Under the pieces are notes generated by a model. The model ran no database searches, had not been told where the DNA came from, and saw nothing but the letters and a program-made list of their open reading frames with translations. Shown in pieces: positions 24,101-34,084 of a DNA stretch of 63,471 bases. How positions within the stretch are numbered: position 1 is the stretch's first letter; the number at the start of each line of letters is the position of its first letter. The stretch is from positions 1-63,471 of the forward strand of contig JBEPZV010000009.1 in the NCBI GenBank assembly GCA_041640655.1, read 5' to 3'. Position numbers and translations under genes: made by a program. The DNA comes from a bacterium (GTDB lineage Bacteria > Acidobacteriota > Blastocatellia > HR10).

Positions 24101-25426
24101 GGCGACGGCCAGGAGATTTTCGACGTTGAAATCCGAGACGAGCCACTGCAAGGGAGCGGGGATCTCTTCGGGGCGATTGGCGATGAAGGGGCCGCGCGTC
24201 CGCAGGTTCCAAAACGCCCTCAGCTCTTCGGTCACGACATAAGCGGCGGCTTTCACCAGCGCATCCTGGATGCCATATCCGGGAGGCTCAGCGCGCAACT
24301 CGCGCGTCCGCGGATCATAGGTGGCGATGACGCAGCGGGTCGCGCCGATCAAGCGCGCGATCACGGCCGTCAGCTCGCCGTAGATGTCGCGCGGATTCCG
24401 AACCCAGCTGAGGAGGCAGGCGATCTCGTACAATCCGTTTAGCTCGAAGAGCCGCTGTCGAGCTTCCTGATAAAGACGCGCGTTCTCCAGCGCGATGGCC
24501 GCCTGCTCGGCGATCACTCGAGCGAACATCGCATCTTCCTGAGTGAACGCGCGCGGTCCCCGCCTGCCCAGAAAGAGAGCAGCGATCGGCTTCTCCTTGG
24601 CACAAATAGGGACGCCGAGGATGGCGCGGATGCCGAGGGCTTGGACGAATTCGTGGGGAACGAGTTCGCTGCGCGCCGCATCGGGGATGATGAGCGGCTC
24701 GGACGTCTCCTGCAGCTTCAGCCCAATGGGGAGCTCCGCGATCCGTTTCCCCTTCAAGGATTGAAGCAGATCGGCGCGTTGGGGATCCACGTCATAGGTC
24801 ACCACATCGGCGATCGTCTCCAGGTCCCGATCCGGCAGGTACACCGTGGCCCGCTCCGCGCGAAAGATCTCGGCGCTCTTTCGGACGAGGATCTGGAGCT
24901 GTTCGTGCACATCAAGCGTGCGATTCAGCGCCTGCGCCAGTTCATGAAGAAGCGTTGTGCGGCGGCGCGCTTCCTCAACGCGACGCTTCATCTGCGCCGT
25001 GCGAATCGCGCGTTCGACGATCGGCGGGAGCAGTCGCCAATATCCGGCCTCCTTGATGACGTAATCGGCGGCTCCGAGCTTCAAGGCTTCAACGGCCACG
25101 CGTTCATTGCCGAGGGCCGTCACGAGGATCACCGGGACCTCGATCCTGCGAGTCCTCAGCGCGCGGAGGAACTCCACGCCATCCATGCCGGGCATACGGT
25201 AGTCGGCCAACGCGAGATCGAAGGTCTCGTGCTCTAGGGCCTCCAACCCCTCGACTGCCGTCGCCACCGGGACGACGGCGGTCGCCGGTCCCAACTGCTC
25301 CTTCAGAGCGCGCATCGCGAGCATCCGATGATCGGGATCGTCTTCGATCAGGAGGATGCGATACCCCGGCGGTGGCTCCCGAGTTGGAGCCTCTCCTGCT
25401 GTGAATGTGGCGGCCTCCTCGGACAT
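21113..25426 (-). CDS. Hybrid sensor kinase REC-GAF-GAF-PAS-GAF-PAS-GAF-HisKA-HATPase-REC
   Basis: N-terminal REC (EDD..DYRMPGMDG), AHDFNN H-box, NARDAM, DTGHG, FFTTK, GTGLGL, C-terminal REC. Confidence 0.93.
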   Translation of the reverse strand: MSEEAATFTAGEAPTREPPPGYRILLIEDDPDHRMLAMRALKEQLGPATAVVPVATAVEGLEALEHETFDLALADYRMPGMDGVEFLRALRTRRIEVPVILVTALGNERVAVEALKLGAADYVIKEAGYWRLLPPIVERAIRTAQMKRRVEEARRRTTLLHELAQALNRTLDVHEQLQILVRKSAEIFRAERATVYLPDRDLETIADVVTYDVDPQRADLLQSLKGKRIAELPIGLKLQETSEPLIIPDAARSELVPHEFVQALGIRAILGVPICAKEKPIAALFLGRRGPRAFTQEDAMFARVIAEQAAIALENARLYQEARQRLFELNGLYEIACLLSWVRNPRDIYGELTAVIARLIGATRCVIATYDPRTRELRAEPPGYGIQDALVKAAAYVVTEELRAFWNLRTRGPFIANRPEEIPAPLQWLVSDFNVENLLAVAMLAEGQTVGVIYAMDKPEGFTPEDAHLLSIFAHQAARVIQSARLYEEIARSEAKYRNIFESTIIGIYRSTPDGRVLMANPTLARLLEYPNVEALLAVPAHEIWAHPHEREQWRRQLEQQGILEHEHLVRTRTGRMLWVHDVARVVRDERGRVLYYEGGLVDITEQKRAEAEREAMLEITQGATTIAELDELFPLIHRTLKRVIPAENCFIALYDAATGYFHFPYFVDQYDPPPPPLRLEKTATAYVFRTGRPQRLTRERCRQLIEQGEIELVGTPSACWLGVPLRTPRETIGVLVVQDYEDEQAYTDHDLEFLASVGNHIAVIIERKRAEEALRRSRQRYQHLVESVTDVVMALDREGRITYVNPAVRQVLGYAPEELVGESVSILIHPEDRPSAEALCELQRRGQPASVRYEGRLLARDGAVRYVQGLVRLGASEEEGADLVVTLRDVTEERRARERLAHVHDIVTRFRGQELFDRAAQVLAQLFNVEYALLGVLEDGGARVRALAFYSEGELRRDFSYALRGTPCEDVMNQAVWCACSPRAWEMFPEDEILAALRIESYIGAPILAGSGEVLGVINAFGKSPRTFTEADAHLLQIIGQRVGVELERLREEEARLKLQEQLYHAQKMESVGTLAGGVAHDFNNILTGMVGFAELALMELGPQHGAAEYLRHILSLGARARDLVRQLLLFSRPSTGEKEARDLHAFLGDVVALLGRTLPENIEIELDLPSEALIVAANPTQLEQVLLNIAINARDAMPGGGRLRIAARLVDVETPGAPHAQPGRFVRLTISDTGHGIPAHILPRIFEPFFTTKEVGRGTGLGLSVAYGIVKAHGGWIDVESEVGRGTRFHLYLPALPTRPEPSEAPGQEEIRGGTETILLIEDEAVVLELGREMLHSLGYHVLTARDGQEGVALYAAWHSQIDLILLDVVMPRMSGHETFHQLRRINPQAKILLITGYSPEHVAAELLAQGALGVIQKPYERRELARAVREALDA

Positions 25427-25528
25427 GCCGATTCCTCCACGCCGTATGCGTCTGCATCTCGGGCGCCTCACCGACCTCGCGTTCGGGCGAAGCGCCGCTC
25501 TCTCGCTGCTGCGAGATCGACCAATCCC

Positions 25529-25990
25529 CTAGGGCGTCGGTCCCTGAAGCGCTGACTCCGGCGGCAGTGTGTTGACCAGGATCCAGTAGAGCTTCAGCTC
25601 ACGCACCTTCTCGATGAAGTCGTCGAACCGGATCGGCTTCACGACATAGGAGTTCGCCCCGTTCAGATAGCTCCTCACGATGTCCGCCTCTTGTTCGGAA
25701 CTCGTCAGCATGATGATGGGGATCATCTTGAGCACCGCATCGCTCTTGATCCGTCTCAGGACTTCGAACCCGTCCACCTTCGGCAGCTTGATATCCAGCA
25801 AGATGAGCCCCGGGCGCGGGGCCGCATCCGGATCCGCATATTTGCCCCGGCGGTAGAGGTAGTCCAGCGCTTCCTGACCATCCTCGACGACGCGCACTTC
25901 GTTGAGGACGTTGTTCATCTCCAGAGCGCGCTTGATGATCAGGACGTGGTCGGGATTATCCTCGACGAGCAAGATGAGGATCGGCTTCAT
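25529..25990 (-). CDS. Single-domain response regulator (Rcp1-like)
   Basis: LLVEDNPD, LLDIKLPKVDG, LTSS, GANSYVVKP. Confidence 0.93.
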   Translation of the reverse strand: MKPILILLVEDNPDHVLIIKRALEMNNVLNEVRVVEDGQEALDYLYRRGKYADPDAAPRPGLILLDIKLPKVDGFEVLRRIKSDAVLKMIPIIMLTSSEQEADIVRSYLNGANSYVVKPIRFDDFIEKVRELKLYWILVNTLPPESALQGPTP

Positions 25991-28900
25991 CGGTTCCTCC
26001 CTTCCGGTGACGATCTGCGTACCGCGTGCGCTTCTGCAGAAATCACAGGCGCCGTCGGGTGCGATGCCGACTCCAAGGGGAGAGTGAACCAGAACGTGCT
26101 CCCCTTCCCAAGCCCTTCGGATTCGACCCAGACGCGTCCCCCATGCGCCTGGATGATGCGTTTCACAATGGCCAAGCCAATGCCCGTGCCTTCATCGCCT
26201 TGATATTTGCCCTCGACGCGATAGAAGATCTCGAAGATCTTCTCCCGATGTTCGGGCGCGATGCCGATGCCGTTATCGCGGACGAAGAAGGCGACGACGT
26301 CCTGCGATTCCTGTCGCGCGCCGATCTCGATCTCCGGAGGGACATGCGGGCGAGAGAAGCGCAGTGCGTTAGAGATGAGATTCGCCCAGACCTGTCGGAG
26401 GCGCGTGCGCTCGCCCACGACCGTCGGCAGCGCCTCATCCACGCGGATTCGCGCGCGCTTGAGCGCGATCTCCCCGTGCAGCTCGGCGAGCACCTCCTCG
26501 ACCAGCTCTCGCATCGGGACCGGGCGTCGGGGCTCGCGCATCCGCCCGATGCGCGAGAGCTCCAGCAGCTCGGCGATGAGCCGCTGCATCTGTTCCGCAT
26601 TGGCGTGAATGCGCTCCAGGTAGAAGGCCGCGTTCGGCGAAATGTTCTCCCCGAGCTCCATCCGCAGCAAGTTCGCGAGCCCTTGCAGGGAGATGACCGG
26701 AGCCTTCAGATCATGCGAGACCGTGTAGATGAAGGATTCCAGCTCCTCGGCCTTCTCCGCGAGCTGGCGCGTGCGTTCGACGACCTTCTGCTCCAGCTCC
26801 TCCGCTCGGCGCCGAATCCGATTCGTGCGCCAGCGATGTCCGGTATAGAAGAGACCCAGGATTCCGATCCCCGCAAGCCCCCAGAACCACCATCGCTGCC
26901 AAAACGGCGCGCGAATTCTGAACGCGAAGGAGACGGGCGATGACCACGCCCCTCGATATTTCCGAGCTCGCACATGCAGGACATAAGCGCCTGGCGGCAG
27001 ATTCGAGATGCGCAGCTCTCGGCCCTCCAGCGGCGTCCATTCCTCTTGGAATCCGCTCACCCGATATTCCACCTGCACCTGACGCTCGTTGAGGAACGAC
27101 AGGACGGCGATCCGCGCGATCAGGGTATTGTCCTTCGGGCCGACCTCGTGATCGCGCGCGCTCGACGCGTCCATCGGATGAACGGCTCGCGCGCCGAGTC
27201 GCACGTCCTGGAGGAGGACGACGGGCGGAGCCCCGCGCGTCAGATCGAATCGCGGGTCGTAGCGGCTCAATCCCCCCATCGTCCCGAACCAGAGCGTGCC
27301 ATCGGCGTCCCGCCAGAAGCCCCCGGCGTTCGATTCCGGATCCGCGTATCCTTCCTCCACGCCGTAGTTGACGAAGGTCGTCCCGTCGAAGCGATCCACG
27401 CCACGCGCCGTGCCGATCCAGAGGTCCCCCTGCCGATCCACGCCGAGCGAGTAGACGGCGTCGTTCGTCAAGCCGTCGCGTGTCGTGTAATGTCGGAACG
27501 TCTGCCCATCGAAGCGCGTCACGCCGTGCGAGGAGTGATACCCGAACCAGATGTGCCCGTGCGCGTCCTCGCAGAGGAAATACGGCTGATCACTGGCCAA
27601 TCCGTCGCGCACCGTGTACGTGCGCCAGTTCCGGCCATCCCATCGCGAGAGGCCTCGATCTCCGGAGATCCACACCCACCCGCGCCGATCCACGAGGAAG
27701 CGCGCATTGGAGAACGTCTGCCCTTCGACCCGCACGGGCTCCAGGCGCGATCCCGTCCACCGAAAGACGCCTTTGGACATGACGGCGATCCAGATCGCGC
27801 CCGCTCGATCCTCGGCCAAAGCGACGATGAGACCCAGACGGGACAACGTGTGATCCCGGCGAAAGCGCGCGCCATCAAAGAGCGTGATTCCCACGCGCGT
27901 GCCGATCCAGAGCCATCCCTGGCGGTCCTCCAGCAGAGCGAAGACGTAGTCATCGGTCAATCCATCCCGTCTTGTGAAGGTCCGCCACTGACGGCCGTCG
28001 AAGCGGCTGAGTCCCCCACTGGTGCCCACCCAGAGCCATCCGCGCCGATCCCGCACGATAGGGCGCACGACGTTGGAGCCGAGGCCATCGCTCGCGCGAT
28101 AGATCGTGAACGCGCGGCTGTGAAACTTGTACAGTCCCCCTACGACGCCGATCCAGAGAATACCCTCGCGATCCTCCAAGAGCGCGCGCACGTCGGTGTA
28201 CGCGAGGCCGTGCGAGGCTGTGAGGACGGTGAGATGACCGTGCTCGATCTTGATGAGCCCTTGTGGCGTCCCCGCCCATACGATGCCGAAGCGATCGGCG
28301 CAGAGGGCGACGACGGGCTGATCCATCGCGTATTTCCTCATCAGCCGTCCTCTCTCGTACATTCGCACCCCTGCGTTCGTCCCCACCCAGAGCCGATGCG
28401 CGCGATCCTCGGCGAGCGCGCGCACGCTCTGGCCCCGCAGTCCTTCTGGATCGAACGTGACGAACCGCGCGCCCGTCCAAACGGCGAGCCCCGCTTCCGT
28501 TCCCGCCCAGAGCCGATCTTGCGCATCCACGAAGAGGACGTTGACGCGCGGATCGGGGAGTCCTTCAGCCACCGCGTACGTTCGCCATCGCTGACCGTCA
28601 TAGCGGCTGACGCCGCGCGGTGTCCCGCACCATATTCCCCCCTCGCGGTCGCGCGCCAACGATGTCACTCGATCATCAGCCAGCCCATCGGCGCTCGTAT
28701 ACGCGCGAAATCCTCGTCCGTTCCAGACAAACACCCCGCCCAGTGTGGCGATCCACAGGTGCCCGCGCGCGTCCTCTAGAATGGCGTTGACCCAATCCTG
28801 GGCGAGCCCACGGGCTGGACCGTAGGTGGTGAAGGAAACACCGTCGTACCGATTCAGCCCAGCTTGTGTCCCGATCCAGAGGTACCCCGCGCGATCCTGA

Positions 28901-29127
28901 TACAATGCTTGCACGACGGCCTGCGAGAGCCCTTCGGCCGCCGAGTACCGGCGAAAGTGGTACTGCTCCGCCGCCACCGGTGACGCCAGGTTCATGAGGC
29001 TGACGAAGCCGACCGCCAGACATCTCCTCACTCGCCTGCACCGGCGATGCTCCCCTGCCGCGCTCCCGCGGAGGCGCCATCGCACTCGCGCATACGGTTT
29101 TCGGCCTCCTCCCATCGGTCTCCTCAT
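25987..29127 (-). CDS. Membrane sensor histidine kinase with periplasmic beta-propeller repeats and Y_Y_Y-like domain (start uncertain)
   Basis: Repeated DRxGxLWIGT-GL..YDG blades, LPPGAYVLHVRA, TM FWQRWWF, VSHDLKAP, DNGIGI, GTGIGL. Confidence 0.92.
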   Translation of the reverse strand: MRRPMGGGRKPYARVRWRLRGSAAGEHRRCRRVRRCLAVGFVSLMNLASPVAAEQYHFRRYSAAEGLSQAVVQALYQDRAGYLWIGTQAGLNRYDGVSFTTYGPARGLAQDWVNAILEDARGHLWIATLGGVFVWNGRGFRAYTSADGLADDRVTSLARDREGGIWCGTPRGVSRYDGQRWRTYAVAEGLPDPRVNVLFVDAQDRLWAGTEAGLAVWTGARFVTFDPEGLRGQSVRALAEDRAHRLWVGTNAGVRMYERGRLMRKYAMDQPVVALCADRFGIVWAGTPQGLIKIEHGHLTVLTASHGLAYTDVRALLEDREGILWIGVVGGLYKFHSRAFTIYRASDGLGSNVVRPIVRDRRGWLWVGTSGGLSRFDGRQWRTFTRRDGLTDDYVFALLEDRQGWLWIGTRVGITLFDGARFRRDHTLSRLGLIVALAEDRAGAIWIAVMSKGVFRWTGSRLEPVRVEGQTFSNARFLVDRRGWVWISGDRGLSRWDGRNWRTYTVRDGLASDQPYFLCEDAHGHIWFGYHSSHGVTRFDGQTFRHYTTRDGLTNDAVYSLGVDRQGDLWIGTARGVDRFDGTTFVNYGVEEGYADPESNAGGFWRDADGTLWFGTMGGLSRYDPRFDLTRGAPPVVLLQDVRLGARAVHPMDASSARDHEVGPKDNTLIARIAVLSFLNERQVQVEYRVSGFQEEWTPLEGRELRISNLPPGAYVLHVRARKYRGAWSSPVSFAFRIRAPFWQRWWFWGLAGIGILGLFYTGHRWRTNRIRRRAEELEQKVVERTRQLAEKAEELESFIYTVSHDLKAPVISLQGLANLLRMELGENISPNAAFYLERIHANAEQMQRLIAELLELSRIGRMREPRRPVPMRELVEEVLAELHGEIALKRARIRVDEALPTVVGERTRLRQVWANLISNALRFSRPHVPPEIEIGARQESQDVVAFFVRDNGIGIAPEHREKIFEIFYRVEGKYQGDEGTGIGLAIVKRIIQAHGGRVWVESEGLGKGSTFWFTLPLESASHPTAPVISAEAHAVRRSSPEGRNR

Positions 29128-29381
29128 CCGCTTGTCGGACGCTTCTTCGGTTTTTGAGCATCAGCCGTCGGCGGGTGCCGTCTGGACCGAAGCGCGCGGC
29201 GGCACCGCTCCTCTTGCGCCTTTCGCCACCGATCAATGGACTCTTTGTTGAAACGCCAATCCGTGCCGATCTTGAAGGCCGGTAGCTCTCCGCGCTTCAC
29301 ATAGCGGCGGATCGTATCCGGATGCACATTGAGGTACTCCGCCACTTCCTTGAGCGTGAAGACGACTTTCGGCACAGCCAT
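29124..29381 (-). CDS. Excisionase-family (HTH_17-like) small DNA-binding protein
   Basis: FTLKEVAEYLNVHPDTIRRYVKRGELPAFKIGTDWRF. Confidence 0.9.
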   Translation of the reverse strand: MAVPKVVFTLKEVAEYLNVHPDTIRRYVKRGELPAFKIGTDWRFNKESIDRWRKAQEERCRRALRSRRHPPTADAQKPKKRPTSG

Positions 29382-29406
29382 CGCGCTCTTCTCCCGCTCC
29401 ATCTAT

Positions 29407-29471
29407 GCTGACATCAGCTACGACGGATTTTAATCCGCTGGGAGAGTACGACACATGATGCGCTCGGTCAA
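29407..29471 (-). promoter_or_regulatory. Promoter of HTH/two-component operon with two palindromes near the start site
   Basis: TTGACC(29471-66)-N17-TACTCT(29448-43); CGGATT-TT-AATCCG at 29424-29437; GCTGA-CA-TCAGC at 29407-29418. Confidence 0.55.
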
Positions 29472-29545
29472 TACGGTGAACGCCGGATTTTTCGCGCGCC
29501 GCTGACCGGATGGGCTCGCCCGCTTCGTGAACGAGAGGCCGCATT

Positions 29546-29574
29546 TTGAGAACGGGCGGGGATCATAGTAGAAT
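29546..29574 (+). promoter_or_regulatory. sigma70-type promoter
   Basis: TTGAGA-N17-TAGAAT. Confidence 0.6.
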
Positions 29575-29611
29575 GGCGCAAGCATACAGACGCGTTCATG
29601 GGGGGGAGGGA

Positions 29612-31249
29612 ATGAACCTTCACGGAGGGCAACTGGTCGCCCGAGCGTTGAAGGCGGCGGGGGTGGATGTCGTCTTCACGCTCTGCGGGGGTCATATTCT
29701 GCCGATCTACGATGGGTGCGTGGACGAGGGCCTTCGCGTCATTGACCTGCGCCATGAGCAAGCCGCCGTGCACGCCGCCGATGCGTGGGCGCGGTGCACA
29801 GGACGACCGGGCGTCGCCGTCGTGACGGCCGGACCCGGCGTGACCGATAGCGTCACCGGCGTGGCGAACGCGTTCCGGGCCCAGAGCCCCGTCTTGGTCA
29901 TTGGAGGACAGGCACCTTCGTTTCAGCTCGGTCAGGGCTCGCTGCAGGAGATGGATCATGTCAGCGTGATGCGCCCGATCACGAAGTGGGCGGGACAGGC
30001 GCTGCAGACCGATCGCATTCCCGAACTGATCGAGGTCGCGTTGCGCCATGCCGTGTCGGGCATTCCCGGGCCGGTCTTCCTGGAGATCCCAGTGGATGTG
30101 TTGATGAACCAGGTCTCGGAGAAGTCGGTGCGATTTCCCCGTATGCAGCGAGAGCCGTTGGGACTGCGCCCGCGCCCGGAGGCGATCCGGCGAGCGCTCG
30201 CGCTGCTGGCGCAGGCCGAACGTCCCGTCCTCATCGCCGGAAGCGGTGTCCGATGGTCCGAGGCACATCGCGCGCTCACGCGTCTCGTCGAGCGGCTCGA
30301 TCTGCCGACCTTCACCAACGGTATGGGGCGCGGTGCGCTCCCCCCGGATGCGCCCCAGCTCTTCGTCCACGCGCGGCGCCAGGCGCTGCGACACGCCGAT
30401 GTGCTCATCCTCGCCGGAACCCCCCTGGACTTCCGCCTCAACTTCGGACGCGAGCTGCCGGCCGAGGCGAAGATCATTCAGATGGACCTCGATCACACGG
30501 TCATCGGACACAATCGGTCGGCCGACGTGGGGTTGGTCGGCGATCTGCGCGCGCTCTTCGAGTTGCTGCTGGAGGCCGTCGTGGCCGAATATCCCACGCT
30601 GCGCTTCACCGCCTGGCGCGATCGCCTGCGCGAGATCGAGCTGGACGAGCAGCGCGCGTTGGAGCCACGTCTTCGCTCCGACGCCGTGCCCATTGATCCG
30701 CTCCGGTTGTGTCACGAGCTGGCCGAATTCGTGGATCCGGAGACGATCGTCATCGGAGACGGCGGGGATATCGTCTCGCTAGCCGCGAAGGTGCTCCCCG
30801 TCTCTTGGCCGGGACAGTGGATGGATCCGGGGCCATTTGGCTGCCTGGGGATCGGTCTGCCCTTCGCCATCGCCGCACAACTGGCGCATCCGGAGAAGCG
30901 TGTGCTCGTCCTCTTCGGCGATGGATCCTTCGGGTTCAACGGCTTCGAATTCGATACGGCCGTGCGGTTCCAACTCCCGATCATGGCCGTCATCGGGAAC
31001 GATGCGGCATGGGGGCAAATTCGCCGTCCGCAGATCGCCCTCTATGGGGAAGAACGGGCCGTGGCGACGCGCCTTCAACTCGCCCGCTACGAGCGCGTGG
31101 TCGAGGCCTTGGGCGGATACGGTGAATTCGTCGAGCGGCCCGAAGAGATCGCGCCCGCTCTCCAGCGCATGCGGGAGTGCGGGAAGCCTGCCTGCGTCAA
31201 CGTCCACATCGCCGAACAGCCGCCGAGCTTCGGGGAGAAATACTTCTGA
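29612..31249 (+). CDS. TPP-dependent enzyme, acetolactate synthase-like / 2-hydroxyacyl-CoA lyase-like
   Basis: [39 protein letters not shown]...NDAAWG. Confidence 0.88.
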   Translation: MNLHGGQLVARALKAAGVDVVFTLCGGHILPIYDGCVDEGLRVIDLRHEQAAVHAADAWARCTGRPGVAVVTAGPGVTDSVTGVANAFRAQSPVLVIGGQAPSFQLGQGSLQEMDHVSVMRPITKWAGQALQTDRIPELIEVALRHAVSGIPGPVFLEIPVDVLMNQVSEKSVRFPRMQREPLGLRPRPEAIRRALALLAQAERPVLIAGSGVRWSEAHRALTRLVERLDLPTFTNGMGRGALPPDAPQLFVHARRQALRHADVLILAGTPLDFRLNFGRELPAEAKIIQMDLDHTVIGHNRSADVGLVGDLRALFELLLEAVVAEYPTLRFTAWRDRLREIELDEQRALEPRLRSDAVPIDPLRLCHELAEFVDPETIVIGDGGDIVSLAAKVLPVSWPGQWMDPGPFGCLGIGLPFAIAAQLAHPEKRVLVLFGDGSFGFNGFEFDTAVRFQLPIMAVIGNDAAWGQIRRPQIALYGEERAVATRLQLARYERVVEALGGYGEFVERPEEIAPALQRMRECGKPACVNVHIAEQPPSFGEKYF

Positions 31250-31362
31250 GGCGCCACGGGGGGATCGCGCCGAAGGTGCTCGTGCGATCTCCTCGATATC
31301 GGGCGCTCAGAGCATGGCGTCACCCCCGCGAGGAGACTCACGCCGTGGGCTTCCCCTCTCGC

Positions 31363-32331
31363 TCATAGGGGGGAGGCGTACACGTCGTCGAGACACGCTT
31401 CCGGATCGGGATACGGGCTCTGCTCGGCCCACGTGACCGCCTCGTCCACTTCGCGCGTGACACGCGCCTCCACGTCCTGCAGCTCGGCTTCGGTCGCAAT
31501 CCCTCGCGTCGTGAGGTACTCGGCCAGACGCGCGATCGGATCCTTCGCCGCCCATTCCTCGAAGAGCTCTTTGGGGACGTAGAACGCGTCATCATGCGCC
31601 GAATGCCCCGTCATCCGAAAGGTCTTGCACTCCAGCAGCGTCGGCCCTTCACCCCGCCGAGCCCGCTCCACCGCGCGCGCCGTCGCCTCATAGACGGCCA
31701 GCACATCGTTGCCGTCCACGATCTCCCCCGGAATCCCGTAGTTGACGGCCCGATCGGCGACATGAGGTACGGCCATCTGCCGCCAGAGCGGCGTCGAGTA
31801 GGCGTACTGGTTGTTGTTGCAGATGTAGACGATCGGCAGTCGGTGAACGGCGGCGAAGTTCAGCCCCTCGTGCCAATCGGCGCGGCTCGTCGCTCCATCC
31901 CCGAAATAGCACACGGCCACCCGGTCTTCCCCCCGCAGCTTGAAGGCCAGAGCGCATCCGGCGGCGACCGGAACCGTATCCGCCATGTGGCTGGGGAAAG
32001 CGATGACATGCCGCCGCATATCCCCCATGTGCATATTGCCATCCTTGCCGCCGGTCACGCCCGTCTTCCGACCCATGTACTGGGCCATGATCTGCTTGAG
32101 CGGAATCCCGCGGATGAGGAAGACGCTCATATCGCGATGGCTCGGAGCGACGACATCATCCGGGCGGAGCTGAATGGCGCTTCCCACACCGATGGCTTCC
32201 TGCCCCCGTCCGACATACACACCGCCGACGATCTTCCCCTGCCGGTACAGGACGCGCTCGATGCGATATTCCGCCTCCCGCGTCAGGCGCAGGTAGTAGA
32301 ACATCTTCATGAGGAGTTCCTTCGGCATCAT
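31363..32331 (-). CDS. 2-oxoacid dehydrogenase E1 alpha subunit
   Basis: GQEA, HRD, FGDGATS, NNQYAYSTP, VDGNDVLAV, RMTGHSAHDD, DPI. Confidence 0.92.
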   Translation of the reverse strand: MMPKELLMKMFYYLRLTREAEYRIERVLYRQGKIVGGVYVGRGQEAIGVGSAIQLRPDDVVAPSHRDMSVFLIRGIPLKQIMAQYMGRKTGVTGGKDGNMHMGDMRRHVIAFPSHMADTVPVAAGCALAFKLRGEDRVAVCYFGDGATSRADWHEGLNFAAVHRLPIVYICNNNQYAYSTPLWRQMAVPHVADRAVNYGIPGEIVDGNDVLAVYEATARAVERARRGEGPTLLECKTFRMTGHSAHDDAFYVPKELFEEWAAKDPIARLAEYLTTRGIATEAELQDVEARVTREVDEAVTWAEQSPYPDPEACLDDVYASPL

Positions 32332-32343
32332 ACGTTCCCTCCC

Positions 32344-33981
32344 TCATACGCCCCAGCCGTATTGCTGCTCGTATTCCGGGGCCCTCTCTCGGCGAGCAGC
32401 GCGCGCCTGAGGGTGGCCGTATTCCTTGAGCAGCTTGTAGCGGACAGCATCCACGAGCGCTTGATAGCTCGCCTCCAGAATGTTCTCGGAGACGCCGACC
32501 GTGCTCCAGCTCTCCTCGCCATCGCTTGTCTGAATGAGGACGCGCACCTTGGCCGCCGTGCCACGCTCGGCATCGAGCACGCGGACCTTGTAGTCGGTAA
32601 GCCGCAGATCATCCACGCATCGGAAGAAAGCGCGCAACGCCTTGCGCAGCGCGCGATCCAGCGCGAGCACCGGCCCCTTCCCCTGCGCCATCGCCTCTTC
32701 GATCTTCTCTCCGACACGCACGCGCACGGTGGCGACCGAGCGGAGCCGCCCATCGCCCGCGCGCTCGCTCACGACGCGAAACGTCTCCACGTGGAAGAAC
32801 TCGCACTCCCCATGCGCCGCCTCTTCGAGCAGCAATCGGAGCGAGCCGTCCGCTCCCTCGAACTGATACCCCGCATATTCGAGCGCCTTCAGTCGCTCCA
32901 GAAGCGCCCGGAGCCGCTCGCCATCAGCGCCGAGATCAATCCCCATCTCCGCCGCCTTGTAGAGGAGATTGCTCTTACCCGAGAGATCGGAGACCAGGAC
33001 GCGCCGCACGTTGCCCACGGCCTCCGGGGGGATGTGTTCGTAGGTCGAAGCATCTTTGAGCACGGCGCTCACGTGCACTCCCCCTTTGTGTGCGAAGGCG
33101 CTCTTGCCCACGAACGGTTGATTGGGGCGCGGCGGCAGATTCGCCAGCTCACTCACGAAGTGCGCGACCGACGTGAGCCGCGCGAGCCGTTCCGCCCCGA
33201 TCGCCGTATATCCCATCTTCAACTCCAAGATGGGGATGATCGAGCAGAGGTTCGCGTTCCCGCAGCGTTCGCCGTAGCCATTGATCGTCCCCTGCACGTG
33301 AGTGATGCCATGTTCGACGGCGGCGATGCTGTTGGCGACGGCCAGGTCCGAATCGTTGTGCGCGTGAATCCCCAGCCGGGTTCGGAGACGCGGACGCACG
33401 GCATCAATCATCTCGGCGAGGTGGTGGGGGAGCGTGCCGCCGTTCGTGTCGCAGAGGACGACCACATCGGCACCGGCGCGTTCGGCGGCCAGAAGCGTCG
33501 CCAGCGCGTACTCGGGATTCGCGCGAAAGCCGTCGAAGAAGTGCTCGGCATCGAAGATGACCTCCCGCCCGGCCGCCTTCAAGTAGGCGATGGAGTCGCC
33601 GATCAGCTCCAGATTCCGCTCGAGCGTCGTGCCGAGCGCCGTCGTGACGTGTCGGTCCCAGCTCTTGCCGAAGATGGTGACCGTCGGCGTCTCCGCCTCC
33701 ACGAGCGCGCGGAGATTCGGATCCTCATCCGCGCGATGTCGCGGATGACACGTGCTGCCAAAGGCTACAAGCCGCGCATGATGCAGACGCAGATGACGCG
33801 CGCGCTTGAAGAACGCGGCATCGCGCGGATTCGATCCCGGCCACCCACCCTCGATGTAGTCAATCCCCAGCTCATCGAGCGTGCGCGCGATCATCATCTT
33901 GTCCTCAACCGAGAAGCAAACGTCCTCTCCTTGCGTCCCATCGCGCAACGTCGTGTCGTAAATCTCGATCTTCCTCATCAT
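32344..33981 (-). CDS. cimA: Citramalate synthase
   Basis: YDTTLRDGTQGE, GGWPGSNP, IFGKSW, DAEHFFDG, HAHND, NGYGERCGNANL, DYKVRVL, WSTVGVSENI. Confidence 0.93.
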   Translation of the reverse strand: MMRKIEIYDTTLRDGTQGEDVCFSVEDKMMIARTLDELGIDYIEGGWPGSNPRDAAFFKRARHLRLHHARLVAFGSTCHPRHRADEDPNLRALVEAETPTVTIFGKSWDRHVTTALGTTLERNLELIGDSIAYLKAAGREVIFDAEHFFDGFRANPEYALATLLAAERAGADVVVLCDTNGGTLPHHLAEMIDAVRPRLRTRLGIHAHNDSDLAVANSIAAVEHGITHVQGTINGYGERCGNANLCSIIPILELKMGYTAIGAERLARLTSVAHFVSELANLPPRPNQPFVGKSAFAHKGGVHVSAVLKDASTYEHIPPEAVGNVRRVLVSDLSGKSNLLYKAAEMGIDLGADGERLRALLERLKALEYAGYQFEGADGSLRLLLEEAAHGECEFFHVETFRVVSERAGDGRLRSVATVRVRVGEKIEEAMAQGKGPVLALDRALRKALRAFFRCVDDLRLTDYKVRVLDAERGTAAKVRVLIQTSDGEESWSTVGVSENILEASYQALVDAVRYKLLKEYGHPQARAARRERAPEYEQQYGWGV

Positions 33982-34014
33982 GCCCTCCTGATTCGAGAGT
34001 GAACGCGACCTCTG

Positions 34015-34059
34015 AAAAATCAAACGGGCCATTATCCGTTGGCAGCGGATAATGGCCCG
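34015..34059 (-). terminator. Attenuator terminator upstream of cimA
   Basis: 14-bp stem 34025-34038/34046-34059, 7-nt loop, followed on the minus strand by TTTGATTTTT. Confidence 0.88.
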
Positions 34060-34084
34060 CGTCCGTCTCGTGATGGCCGAGCCA

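Noticed and set aside
29124..29381. Prophage/ICE excisionase
   Set aside because: No integrase, att site or phage genes; it is coupled to a signalling operon
31594..34002. Long antisense ORFs (also 289-1524, 10741-12276, 12524-14443, 55180-57321, 59880-62231)
   Set aside because: Shadow frames of well-supported genes in high-GC DNA
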